64,000 bases of DNA from Parcubacteria group bacterium (GTDB lineage Bacteria; Patescibacteriota; Patescibacteriia; UBA2169). Within the stretch, counting starts at the first letter, position 1. The number at the start of each line of letters is the position of its first letter. The notes under the pieces were generated by a model that was given only the letters and a program-made list of their open reading frames with translations, was not told where the DNA came from and did no database searches. A program made the translations under genes and the position numbers. This document shows, in pieces, positions 1 to 8,688 of this stretch. The stretch covers positions 18,733-82,732 of the forward strand of contig JACOYR010000005.1 in assembly GCA_016181765.1 (NCBI GenBank). The letters are read 5' to 3'.

Positions 1-3000
1 GCAAGTACAAGCGCATCCGCTACAAGGGCATTGTGTGCGACAAGTGCGGCGTTGAAGTGACGCGCGCCTTGGTGCGGCGCGAGCGCATGGGGCACATTGA
101 CCTGGCGGCTCCGGTGTCGCACATCTGGTTTTTGCGGGGCGTGCCCTCCAAGATCGGATTAGTGCTTGATCTTTCGGTGCAGGATTTAGAAAAGGTCATC
201 TATTTTGCGAGTTTTATCGTGACTTCGGTTGACGAGGAAAAGAAGAAAGCGCTCATTGAGCAAGTTGGCCAGGAGTTTAAGAGCAAGGGCGCGCAGCTTT
301 CCCGCGAGTTTGAGAAAGCGCTCTCCGACAGGCACTCACAGCTCGCCGCGAGCGGCATATCCGGCGCCGAACTCTCGGACCGCGCCAAACAGGAGAAAGC
401 AATTCTTGAGAAGCTCTTGGCGGAAAAGCGCGATCAGCTTGAACGCGCCTTTGAGCTTGCGTGCGAAGAGCTCAACGGGCTTTCCCCCATGCAGATCGTA
501 TCAGAGAGCGCGTACCACGACCTTTCGCTTAAGTACGGGCATATTTTTGAGGCCGGAATCGGCGCCGAGGCCATCCATTACCTGCTCTCAAACGTTAATT
601 TGCAGGCGTCCATTGCGGCCATGGACAAGCAGCTTGAGAAGGCAAAAGGCGGCAAGCGCAAAAAGATCATGCGCCGCGCCAAGCTGCTCTCAAGCCTTTT
701 GAAGACCGGCATAGCGCCCCAATCCATGGTGCTCACCGCGATTCCGGTGATTCCTCCGGATTTGCGGCCCATGGTGCAGTTGGACGGGGGGCGGTTCGCC
801 ACGAGCGATTTGAATGATTTGTACCGCCGCGTCATCAACCGAAACAACCGCTTAAAGCGGCTCAAGGAACTGAACGCTCCGGAAGTCATTGTGCGCAACG
901 AAAAGCGCATGTTGCAGGAAGCGGTAGACGCGCTCATAGACAACGGTGCCAGGCACGGCAAGACCGTGACCGCTTCAACGGGCCAGCGTCGCGTACTGCG
1001 GTCCATCGCGGACATGCTCAAGGGCAAGCAGGGCCGGTTTAGGCAGAACTTGTTGGGAAAGCGCATTGATTACTCGGGCCGCTCGGTGATCGTGGTCGGC
1101 CCCAAGCTCAAACTGCACCAGTGCGGCTTGCCCAAGACCATGGCTTTGGAGCTCTTCAAGCCGTTTGTCATCAGCCAGCTCATCAAGCGGGAGACCGTGC
1201 ACAATGTACGGTCAGCTAACCGCTACATTGAGGCTGGGCACGCGGACGTGTGGGACATCCTGGAAGAGGTCACGCGAGATGCGCACGTGCTCCTAAACCG
1301 CGCCCCCACGCTGCACCGTTTGGGCATCCAGGCATTCCAGCCCGTGCTGATTGAGGGCAAGGCAATCCAGGTCCACCCGCTCGTCTGCAGCGCTTTTAAC
1401 GCCGATTTTGACGGAGACCAGATGGCCGTGCACGTGCCCCTGACCACGGAGGCCCGCAAAGAGGCTGCCGAGATCATGCTCTCCGCCAAAAATCTTTTGA
1501 AGCCGGCAACCGGAGAACCGGTAGTGACTCCGGGGCTTGATATCGTGTTCGGCTGCTACTTTTTGACTCAAGTTGATGAACAAACAGAACCCTACCAGGG
1601 AGTGTTTTCGTCTTCCAGCGAGGCCAAGCTCGCCTATGACTCCGGGTACATTACCTTGCACCAGCGCCTGACCGCCTCCCACGAAGGAGAACGCATGGAA
1701 ACCACGGTCGGCAGGCTCCTCTTTAACGAAATCATGCCGGAAGGCATTACCTACATAAATACGGTTACCAATAAAAAGGTGCTTAAAGATATTACGGGCC
1801 AGTGCTTCTACCTCCATGGCCTGGAGCGCACCGCAAAGATGCTTGATGACATGATGCGCCTGGGGTTTTTCTACGCGACCCGGTCCGGCATGAGCTGGGC
1901 CATGGCTGATCTGCCGAATTTGGGCCAGAAGCGCGAGCTCCTCGCCCAGTCTCAAGCCGAAGTGGATTTGGTCGCCTCGCAGTACGAAGAGGGTTTGCTC
2001 ACGGACGATGAGCGCCACGCGCGCGTGATTGAAATTTGGGCCCGCGTCAAAGACCAGGTAACCCTCGCCGCCCAGAAATCGTTTGAAGGCAATAAGCTGA
2101 ATCCTGTGTACACCATGATTGAGTCCGGCGCGCGCGGCTCCTGGGGCCAGACCACGCAGATGATGGGCATGAAGGGTCTCGTGACTTCGCCCAGCGGCGC
2201 CACCATGGAGTTGCCGGTGAAGGCGAATTTCAAAGAGGGATTTGACGTTTTGGAGTACTTTATTTCCACGCACGGCGCGCGCAAGGGCTTGACGGATACC
2301 GCCTTGCGGACCGCGAATGCCGGGTACCTCACGCGCCGGCTTATTGACGTGGCCCAGGACATTATTGTTTCCGAGGATGATTGCGGCGACACCGGAGGGT
2401 GGGAGATAACGCGGCTGGATTCCGAAGCCTTAAACACCACGGTTGCCGAGCGCCTGCTCGGGCGCGTGCTCGCAGAGCCCGTTACCGGGCCGCGCGGCAA
2501 AGTGCTTATTGCCGCCGGGGAGTTCGTATCGCGCAAGGATTTGGAAAAAGTTGCGGGCGCGAGCCTTGAGTTCGCCAAGATCCGTTCGGTGCTTTCGTGC
2601 CACTCGCGCCGCGGCACCTGCCGCAAGTGCTATGGCTATGACCTGGGGTACAACACTCCGGTTGAGCTCGGTACTGCGGTGGGCATCATTGCCGCCCAAT
2701 CCATCGGGGAGCCGGGCACCCAGCTCACCATGCGCACGTTCCACACCGGGGGCGTCGCTTCCAGCCAGGACATCACTCAAGGGTTGCCGCGGGTGGAAGA
2801 AATTTTTGAGGCTCGCCGCATCACCAAGGGCGCCGTGGTTTCCGAAATCACGGGCACGGTCCGGCGCATTGCCGAAGAGGGCGGCATCCGCACGATTGAG
2901 GTGGTGGCGAGCGCCAACCAGGAGGAGAAGTACGATTTGGAAGAGTACGGGGAAGAGAGCTGCAAGGTTTCCGATGGCGACCGCGTCAAAAAGGGAGACG

Positions 3001-3659
3001 TGCTGTTCTCGGACGGGGACGACGTGGTGAACGCGGTTCTTGACGGCACGGTCAAAAAGACCAAAAAGTTTTTGCGTGTGGTTGCCGCCGCAGGCGACGC
3101 GGTGGCGTATGCGGTCCCGGGCGTGTTTGCGGCGCTCGTTTCGGAAGGCGATCTGGTGAATGCCGGAGACGTGCTCACCGAGGGGAGCGTTGACCTGCAC
3201 CAGCTCTACGAGCTCAAGGGCGAGGATGCGGCAAAGCGGTACATCATGGCCGAGATCCAGAACATCTACTCAAGCCAGGGCCAGAAGCTCAATGACAAGC
3301 ATCTGGAAATCATCGCGCGCCAGATGTTTTCGCGCGTGTACGTAAAAGAAGCCGGAGACACGGATTTTTTGCCCGGCGAAATCGTGGACCGCGCGAATTT
3401 CAATGCGGTAAACCGCGACATGGCAAAAGCAAAAAAACAGCAGGCAACCGGCGAGGTCCTGCTCCTGGGCGTTACCAAGGCATCGCTTTCCACCGAAAGT
3501 TTCCTCTCCGCGGCATCGTTCCAGGAGACGGCCCGCGTCTTGATTGATGCGGCCATTTCCGGCAAAGTGGACCATCTGCGGGGCCTCAAGGAAAACGTCA
3601 TCATCGGCCGCCTCATACCGGCGGGTACCGGCTTCCAGGCCTCTCTGGACCGGAAGTAA
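1..3659 (+). CDS. rpoC: DNA-directed RNA polymerase subunit beta' (5'-truncated by window edge; frame begins at nt 3)
   Basis: 1208-aa ORF with ...YKRIRYKGIVCDKCGVEVT (Zn-finger region), NADFDGDQMAVHVP catalytic Mg motif, trigger loop/bridge helix regions; ORF is open to window start. Confidence 0.95.
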   Translation, partial: KYKRIRYKGIVCDKCGVEVTRALVRRERMGHIDLAAPVSHIWFLRGVPSKIGLVLDLSVQDLEKVIYFASFIVTSVDEEKKKALIEQVGQEFKSKGAQLSREFEKALSDRHSQLAASGISGAELSDRAKQEKAILEKLLAEKRDQLERAFELACEELNGLSPMQIVSESAYHDLSLKYGHIFEAGIGAEAIHYLLSNVNLQASIAAMDKQLEKAKGGKRKKIMRRAKLLSSLLKTGIAPQSMVLTAIPVIPPDLRPMVQLDGGRFATSDLNDLYRRVINRNNRLKRLKELNAPEVIVRNEKRMLQEAVDALIDNGARHGKTVTASTGQRRVLRSIADMLKGKQGRFRQNLLGKRIDYSGRSVIVVGPKLKLHQCGLPKTMALELFKPFVISQLIKRETVHNVRSANRYIEAGHADVWDILEEVTRDAHVLLNRAPTLHRLGIQAFQPVLIEGKAIQVHPLVCSAFNADFDGDQMAVHVPLTTEARKEAAEIMLSAKNLLKPATGEPVVTPGLDIVFGCYFLTQVDEQTEPYQGVFSSSSEAKLAYDSGYITLHQRLTASHEGERMETTVGRLLFNEIMPEGITYINTVTNKKVLKDITGQCFYLHGLERTAKMLDDMMRLGFFYATRSGMSWAMADLPNLGQKRELLAQSQAEVDLVASQYEEGLLTDDERHARVIEIWARVKDQVTLAAQKSFEGNKLNPVYTMIESGARGSWGQTTQMMGMKGLVTSPSGATMELPVKANFKEGFDVLEYFISTHGARKGLTDTALRTANAGYLTRRLIDVAQDIIVSEDDCGDTGGWEITRLDSEALNTTVAERLLGRVLAEPVTGPRGKVLIAAGEFVSRKDLEKVAGASLEFAKIRSVLSCHSRRGTCRKCYGYDLGYNTPVELGTAVGIIAAQSIGEPGTQLTMRTFHTGGVASSQDITQGLPRVEEIFEARRITKGAVVSEITGTVRRIAEEGGIRTIEVVASANQEEKYDLEEYGEESCKVSDGDRVKKGDVLFSDGDDVVNAVLDGTVKKTKKFLRVVAAAGDAVAYAVPGVFAALVSEGDLVNAGDVLTEGSVDLHQLYELKGEDAAKRYIMAEIQNIYSSQGQKLNDKHLEIIARQMFSRVYVKEAGDTDFLPGEIVDRANFNAVNRDMAKAKKQQATGEVLLLGVTKASLSTESFLSAASFQETARVLIDAAISGKVDHLRGLKENVIIGRLIPAGTGFQASLDRK

Positions 3660-3666
3660 ATTTTCT

Positions 3667-4734
3667 TTATTTCTTGATTATACGATAATTCGTTGACCGG
3701 CCTTGGCCGAGGCGTTCAACTTTCTTTAGTTTCAGCAATTTAGTCAGTGCCTGCCGGACCGTGGGCTGGGCAACAGCAGTGGCTTGGGCGATCTCGCCCG
3801 GCGCGGCCCCGTCAACCTTTTGCAGATATTCCCAAACCGCGAGCTGTTTTTTGGTTAATAGCTTCTCAATGTTTTCTTTGGATAATAAATCCAGGGCCAT
3901 GGCTGATTGTTTCAAGATAATATCCAAAAAGAAATCAAGCCACGGAGTAATACTCTCTTGATTGGCGCCAAAGGTTTTTTGGCTTTTGCGGAGCGCTACA
4001 TAATATGCTGGCTTATTGTCTTCTATCAGCTTTTCATGGGAAACATATGGCATATACTCGTAGCCGGCTTGCAGAAGGAGCAGGTTAGTCAGAATCCGCG
4101 ACAGCCGACCGTTGCCGTCTTGAAAGGGATGGATTTTCAGGAAGGAGACAACAAAGTGGCCAATAGTCAAAAGCGGGTGATAGGCCTTGGTTTTGAGCGC
4201 GTCAGCCGTCCATGCCGCCAGTTCTTGCGTTTCTTTCGGAGTAAGATAGGCAGGCGTAGTGTCAAATAGAACCGCTACGCTCTGGCCGCTGGCATCAAGC
4301 ATCTGCACTCTGTTTTCCTGTTTTTTGTAATCACCGCGATGCGCTTCATCCTTGGTCGCGTATTTAAGCAATTCTTTATGGAAGTGCTTAATGTTATTCT
4401 CGCTGAACGGCAGATTTTTCCAGCCATCAAAAACATGCTCCAGCAGTTCATAATAGCCCCGGGCTTCCTGGGAATCGCGATCCGCGAATTTCTGCACGGC
4501 CAAGCCGGACATGAGTTTTTCAATGTCCTCGTCAGAGAGCTTGGCGCCTTCAATGCGGGTTGAGGCCCCGGTTGAAGTAATTAAAACCGACCGCTTGAGC
4601 CGACCCAGCGCTTGCGGGGAGAGCTTGGCTCCGGCAATCCACTGGCCTTGCAGATGGTCAATTTTCGTGATTTTCTGCCAGATTGAGTCTGGAATTGATT
4701 TGAGCCTTTGGTCAAATTGCTTGATTTCGAGCAT
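3667..4734 (-). CDS. Fic/DOC family protein (class II, N-terminal inhibitory SxxxEG helix TRIEG; Fic motif HPFQDGNGRLSR) with C-terminal winged-helix
   Basis: HPFxDGNGR core motif, S-T-R-I-E-G inhibitory motif upstream, C-terminal wHTH-like tail; 355 aa. Confidence 0.85.
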   Translation of the reverse strand: MLEIKQFDQRLKSIPDSIWQKITKIDHLQGQWIAGAKLSPQALGRLKRSVLITSTGASTRIEGAKLSDEDIEKLMSGLAVQKFADRDSQEARGYYELLEHVFDGWKNLPFSENNIKHFHKELLKYATKDEAHRGDYKKQENRVQMLDASGQSVAVLFDTTPAYLTPKETQELAAWTADALKTKAYHPLLTIGHFVVSFLKIHPFQDGNGRLSRILTNLLLLQAGYEYMPYVSHEKLIEDNKPAYYVALRKSQKTFGANQESITPWLDFFLDIILKQSAMALDLLSKENIEKLLTKKQLAVWEYLQKVDGAAPGEIAQATAVAQPTVRQALTKLLKLKKVERLGQGRSTNYRIIKK

Positions 4735-5074
4735 AGGATAATATGATATTTTAACTATATCAGATTATATCAGAATAGATAACAGCTTACAAGGCAAGGG
4801 TTGCTCTGGAAATATTATCCCGCCTTGCGCGGATCGTGCTTGCCTTGCTGAGCGGGCACCTGTATCGCTGCTTGCCGGTGCGCGTGGCGTCCCACCGCTG
4901 CATGGTAATGTGATGAAGAGAACATGTTTTTTTTCATAGAGAGTTACTTTCCCTAACCATATCAGATTCTGCCTAACATTAGAACAAAACAGGCGTTTTT
5001 ACCAACACGGAATTTCCATTAACTCCAAATAGTTGGATATTTTGCTTATATCCGATTACTTCATTTTGTTTTTC

Positions 5075-5503
5075 TTATACAATCTTTTCATGCAGTTTTT
5101 GTAAACGCGTTCCTAATTTGAAGTACCGATCTTGTGCAGCATTGTACAGTCGTGAGTTTTTTGAAACCTCTTTAAGGCTGATGTGATTGTTTTTAAAGCT
5201 GCGGCTTGCGGTATAAAACTTTTTTTGATTTTCGCTCAATATTTTTGCCGCGTCTGCTACAGCTTTTGCCCAGTCAACGAGGGCATCATAGACTTGACGC
5301 TCAGAGACTGAAAGATCATTGTAAAAATGCATCTTAATTTCCGTTTCAAGGCCTATAACAACATTTGCCCACTCATTTGCTATTATTTTTGACTCTTTGG
5401 AGATCTCATCAAACGGTACCTTAAAGAAAAGACTCTTTAGCGTTCCAGATTTTTTAAGAGCTGAATCAGAAAAACTAATGAATTCAGTGAGTTTTTCATT
5501 CAA
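5075..5503 (-). CDS. hypothetical protein (AT-rich islet)
   Basis: 142-aa ORF in low-GC segment 4735-5840; no recognisable motif. Confidence 0.4.
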   Translation of the reverse strand: MNEKLTEFISFSDSALKKSGTLKSLFFKVPFDEISKESKIIANEWANVVIGLETEIKMHFYNDLSVSERQVYDALVDWAKAVADAAKILSENQKKFYTASRSFKNNHISLKEVSKNSRLYNAAQDRYFKLGTRLQKLHEKIV

Positions 5504-5531
5504 GGATTTCAGTACTTTATCAAGTTTTTGT

Positions 5532-5693
5532 CTAGGTAATTAGTGCGAAACGTAACCAAAATAGATGTTTAAGAATAGTTTGAACAAATTGTCCGACTTG
5601 ATTTGTCGCATGATTAGATTTTCGGAGTGCTACGATAGAGATGATGACACTGATTACTGCACAAATTGCAATAATTGATTCTATGTAGATCAT
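5532..5693 (-). CDS. possible small hydrophobic peptide (53 aa, MIYIESIIAICAVISVIISIVALRK...)
   Basis: hand-translated ORF in AT-rich DNA (stop-rich context makes 53 codons non-trivial); no SD; speculative. Confidence 0.2.
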   Translation of the reverse strand: MIYIESIIAICAVISVIISIVALRKSNHATNQVGQFVQTILKHLFWLRFALIT

Positions 5694-5826
5694 ATGGTTG
5701 ATTTTACGGGTAAGGTTAGGTATAATGAGCGCACCTCATATCAATCATACACCACGTATGAAACAAGGCAAGCAGGGCAGAGGGGCGGTATTCACAACAG
5801 CATCTTGTATATATTTAAATATATAT

Positions 5827-5832
5827 TATAAT
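5827..5832 (+). promoter_or_regulatory. -10 element TATAAT placed 8 nt before ATG 5841 (leaderless transcript likely)
   Basis: ttataatatatacatATG; no SD between -10 and start codon. Confidence 0.4.
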
Positions 5833-5840
5833 ATATACAT

Positions 5841-6014
5841 ATGAGCAGGCGAACCCAAAAGGAAAAACACATACGAAAGCTCACGCGCTTGGGCGGAAGC
5901 GTAGTGGTATCCATTCCGGCCGAGGATATTACCGCGCTTGCGTGGCGCGAAAAGCAAAAAGTCACAGTCAAGAGAGTCGGCAAAAAGCTCGTCATTGAGG
6001 ACTGGAAGGAGTAG
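5841..6014 (+). CDS. AbrB/MazE (SpoVT-AbrB swapped-hairpin)-like small DNA-binding protein, 57 aa
   Basis: hand translation MSRRTQKEKHIRKLTRLGGSVVVSIPAEDITALAWREKQKVTVKRVGKKLVIEDWKE; pattern K..+LG.S..V.IP.E....L......V.V...G..LVIE typical of AbrB/MazE fold; below 60-aa ORF-track cutoff; stop TAG 6012-6014 two nt before next ATG. Confidence 0.5.
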   Translation: MSRRTQKEKHIRKLTRLGGSVVVSIPAEDITALAWREKQKVTVKRVGKKLVIEDWKE

Positions 6015-6016
6015 GT

Positions 6017-6619
6017 ATGCGCGTTCCTGCGTTGCGCGCCCGGGGCATTTCCACGCTCATCCTGGTTGTGCTGGCAGCGGCAGTCGGTTTTTTGTACGCC
6101 AAAAAAAATCAGCTTCCCCTCATCGGTGCAGAGTCCCGGGAGGCAGTAGTTGTTGACTATGCCATAGACGGCGACACCATCAAGCTGCCGAGCGGGGAGC
6201 GCGTGCGCTTGATCGGCATTGACGCTCCGGAAAAGGGGCAGTGTTTTTACGAGGAGTCGCGGCAGTTCGCCCAGTCGTTCCTGGACGGCCGCACCGTCAT
6301 TCTAGAGCGGGATATTTCCGGTGAGGATGATTACCAGAGGCTCTTGCGGTATGTGTTTTTTCCGGCCCCGTCAGAGAGTGAGGATCGCGAGTTTGTAAAT
6401 GATGCGCTTGTGCGCCAGGGGTATGCCCGGGCAGTGGCCAGCCCGCGGGCTTCCGCAAGGCAACCAACTGCCCTTAGGCCGGATCATCTAGCGTCCGCAT
6501 TAAATCCTCAACCATGCGCAATGCTTCCGCGGTTGAGCTTTTTACCGCGGCAAGCTGTTCTTTGCGCTCTTGGTTTTTTGTTTCGCTGTTATCCGCAAGC
6601 AAATGCGCGGCCCATTTGA
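6017..6619 (+). CDS. membrane-anchored thermonuclease (staphylococcal nuclease/SNase-like); C-terminal ~50 aa look non-native (P/A/R-rich) and overlap convergent ORF, possible truncation/frameshift
   Basis: N-terminal signal anchor ISTLILVVLAAAVGFLYA, SNase signature DGDTIKLP...RVRLIGIDAPE, later ...DALVRQGYARAV; expected C-terminal helix absent. Confidence 0.6.
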   Translation: MRVPALRARGISTLILVVLAAAVGFLYAKKNQLPLIGAESREAVVVDYAIDGDTIKLPSGERVRLIGIDAPEKGQCFYEESRQFAQSFLDGRTVILERDISGEDDYQRLLRYVFFPAPSESEDREFVNDALVRQGYARAVASPRASARQPTALRPDHLASALNPQPCAMLPRLSFLPRQAVLCALGFLFRCYPQANARPI

Positions 6620-6785
6620 GGTGCGTCAGTTTGACGCGGATATCATGCAGCCCGGATGTGGCGTGTTCGCGCTTTTTTTTATACTGATACTCAAGCTGTT
6701 CAATTGCTTCGCGCAGCTTTTTATCCCGCTCTTTGAGGGATTGTATTGTTTTGTCTTTGTCATCCATACTGGTATGATACGCCAT
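6474..6785 (-). CDS. hypothetical coiled-coil protein (103 aa)
   Basis: charged heptad-like sequence; 3' 145 nt overlap with SNase ORF tail so one of the two ends is probably mis-called. Confidence 0.4.
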   Translation of the reverse strand: MAYHTSMDDKDKTIQSLKERDKKLREAIEQLEYQYKKKREHATSGLHDIRVKLTHLKWAAHLLADNSETKNQERKEQLAAVKSSTAEALRMVEDLMRTLDDPA

Positions 6786-6788
6786 TTT

Positions 6789-7634
6789 TTACGCTATCAC
6801 AAACCGAGTGTCCTGTTTTTTGAGCAACCCTTCGGTTTGCATCTGTGCGAGAATACGCGCCGCGCGCACGGGATCAGCATCCAGTTCTCTGATAAGCTGC
6901 GTTTTGGTTTGATGCCGCTTTTTAAGCAGCAGTTTTATGATGTTTCCGCGAATTTCCCGGTTTGAGCCGGCAAACCGGGATTGCACGCTATGGTGGCGGC
7001 TCGCGCGGCTCGGGTTGGGAACTGTTTTTTTGAGGTGGGCCCCATAGTCCATGAGCGCCGAATACCACTTCCGTGGGTTGCGCACGTCAAGCGCCTGCCC
7101 AATCAGGGGCTCAAGCCGTGCGTCATCCACACCTTTTTTGTTTGGAAAAAAGTGGTGCAAAAATACGGAGCGGATGTTTGTTTCAATCATGGCGTGCGGC
7201 TGGTTGAACGCGAACACCAGCACGGCCCGCGCCGTGTACGGCCCGAGCCCCGGAAGTTTTTGGAGAGCGCCCGCGTCTTTGGGGATGCGGCCGTTGTGTT
7301 CTGTTATAATGGCGCGCGCCGCCTCCCAGAGCATTTTGGCGCGGCGGTTGTACCCGAGTCCCTGCCATTGCCGGATGACTGATTTGAGCCGGGCTCGCCC
7401 GAGTGCGCCCACCGTGGGGAAGCGCTCCATAAAGAGGGGGTATTGTTCTGACACGCGCTCTGCCTGGGTCTGCTGGAGCATGATTTCCGACACCAGAATC
7501 TTGTACGGGTCGCGGGTGTTCCGCCACAAAAAAGGCCGGGCCCCTGTCGCATAGTGCCTGTAGACTGTTTTCCGGAATGCGCGGATTTGCTCCTTAGAGA
7601 GCTTCTTCGGTTGTGGTCGCGGTTTCTTGGTCAT
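6789..7634 (-). CDS. HhH-GPD superfamily DNA glycosylase (MutY/Nth-like) lacking Fe-S cluster cysteines
   Basis: LVSEIMLQQTQAERV, GLGYNRRAKML, LPGLGPYTARAVLVFAFN (helix-hairpin-helix + GPD); no Cx6Cx2Cx5C; start chosen at MTKK (7634), longer alternative to 7715. Confidence 0.7.
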   Translation of the reverse strand: MTKKPRPQPKKLSKEQIRAFRKTVYRHYATGARPFLWRNTRDPYKILVSEIMLQQTQAERVSEQYPLFMERFPTVGALGRARLKSVIRQWQGLGYNRRAKMLWEAARAIITEHNGRIPKDAGALQKLPGLGPYTARAVLVFAFNQPHAMIETNIRSVFLHHFFPNKKGVDDARLEPLIGQALDVRNPRKWYSALMDYGAHLKKTVPNPSRASRHHSVQSRFAGSNREIRGNIIKLLLKKRHQTKTQLIRELDADPVRAARILAQMQTEGLLKKQDTRFVIA

Positions 7635-8439
7635 CCGGGCTTGTCGCGAGTTCTGGTTCCCCAACAATTGAAACGAGCAAGTCCCTGAACGCTTCATAGC
7701 TCTGCGGGTTCTCAATCCGCTCGCCGTTCAGCACAAACGTGGGCGTTCCATTCACCCCGAGCCGCCTGCCTGCGCTTTCGTGCGCGCGGACCGCGTCTTT
7801 TACGGCGCTTGATTCATAGTCAGCCTCAAATTGCGCCGCATCCAATCCTATGCCATTGGCGTATTGCGCGAACAAATCAAACGGATTCCCCGCGCCGGAC
7901 CATGCGCTCTGGTTCTCAAACAGCGCATCATGCATTTCCCAAAAACGCCCCTGTATGCCTGCCGCTTCTGCGGCGCGGGCCGCAGGCTCGGCGTTCGGGT
8001 GGATCGCGTTCAGGGGAAAGTGCCGGTACGCAAACCGCAGGTCCTCCCCGAATTCTTGGGTCAGCTGTTTGATGATGGGGTAGTAGGCGCCGCAGGCCGG
8101 GCACTGGAAGTCGCTGTACTCAATGATCTGTGCCGGGGCGGCTTCGCTTCCGTGGGTCCAGTCGCGCGCCGCTATTTCGGAGGGCGGGGGCGCTTCCGCG
8201 CTGCCCTGCGAGTTTGAACTCGCTACAAGCCACGCGAGTCCCAGGGCGATCACGGCAATCGCGGCAATCCACGCTGCCCATGTTTTTACCGTCCTCCCGC
8301 GTTCCGCGTGCTGCCTCTGTTCGCGCTTTTCCAGTTTTTTGAGGGCCCTGCGCTGCTTTTTGGTCAGCGTATCCGTCGCGGAGGCGGACTGCTCGGTTTT
8401 TTGGTTTCCCTGTGCGGATTGTGTTTGTTCTGGTTCCAT
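7594..8439 (-). CDS. DsbA-like thiol:disulfide oxidoreductase, N-terminal TM anchor
   Basis: CPACGAY active site (CxxC), thioredoxin-like length, TM helix WAAWIAAIAVIALGLAWLVA. Confidence 0.8.
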   Translation of the reverse strand: MEPEQTQSAQGNQKTEQSASATDTLTKKQRRALKKLEKREQRQHAERGRTVKTWAAWIAAIAVIALGLAWLVASSNSQGSAEAPPPSEIAARDWTHGSEAAPAQIIEYSDFQCPACGAYYPIIKQLTQEFGEDLRFAYRHFPLNAIHPNAEPAARAAEAAGIQGRFWEMHDALFENQSAWSGAGNPFDLFAQYANGIGLDAAQFEADYESSAVKDAVRAHESAGRRLGVNGTPTFVLNGERIENPQSYEAFRDLLVSIVGEPELATSPDDQETATTTEEAL

Positions 8440-8578
8440 AGTGAGGAATGATTAGGGGGCTGTTGCGATGGAGCGCGCGTTTTTGGCCTGCTCAAGGGCA
8501 CATACAGTATACCCATTCTGCTTGAGCTTGTCTAAAAGCAGGTGCGCACTCGGAGGGCGCTGTCAATTTTTGGCCTGT

Positions 8579-8607
8579 TTGACAATGTGCGGCTTTGCGG
8601 GTAGGAT
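8579..8607 (+). promoter_or_regulatory. sigma70-like promoter upstream of pyrB (TTGACA-17-TAGGAT)
   Basis: tttgacaatgtgcggctttgcgggtaggat, about 80 nt before start. Confidence 0.4.
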
Positions 8608-8688
8608 AGTTTGGAGTACCTGCAGTATCCGGCCCGTGGGGAGCGGGTCGGCATACAACGTTCATTCGCAATTCGGGGAGGAGTTGGG

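Noticed and set aside
1293-3200. Several 130-330-aa minus- and plus-strand ORFs inside rpoC
   Set aside because: Each is nested in the unambiguous rpoC reading frame, so they are out-of-frame or antisense artefacts.
6423-6491. Possible +1 frameshift restoring a proper SNase C-terminal helix
   Set aside because: The alternative frame has an in-frame stop at 6396-6398 and encodes no SNase-like sequence (MMRLCARGMPGQWPARGLPQGN...). The thermonuclease ORF is therefore left as called, with its odd tail.
6570-6965. 131-aa plus-strand ORF overlapping the coiled-coil gene and the glycosylase 3' end
   Set aside because: Its composition is hydrophobic and low-complexity, and it is antisense to two better-supported minus-strand genes.
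8607-8688. Possible PyrR-binding attenuator in the pyrB leader (UCCGGCCCGUGGGGAGCGGG)
   Set aside because: It has only a loose resemblance to the ARUCCNGNGAGG consensus. No pyrR gene is in the window, and there is no clear terminator/antiterminator pair.
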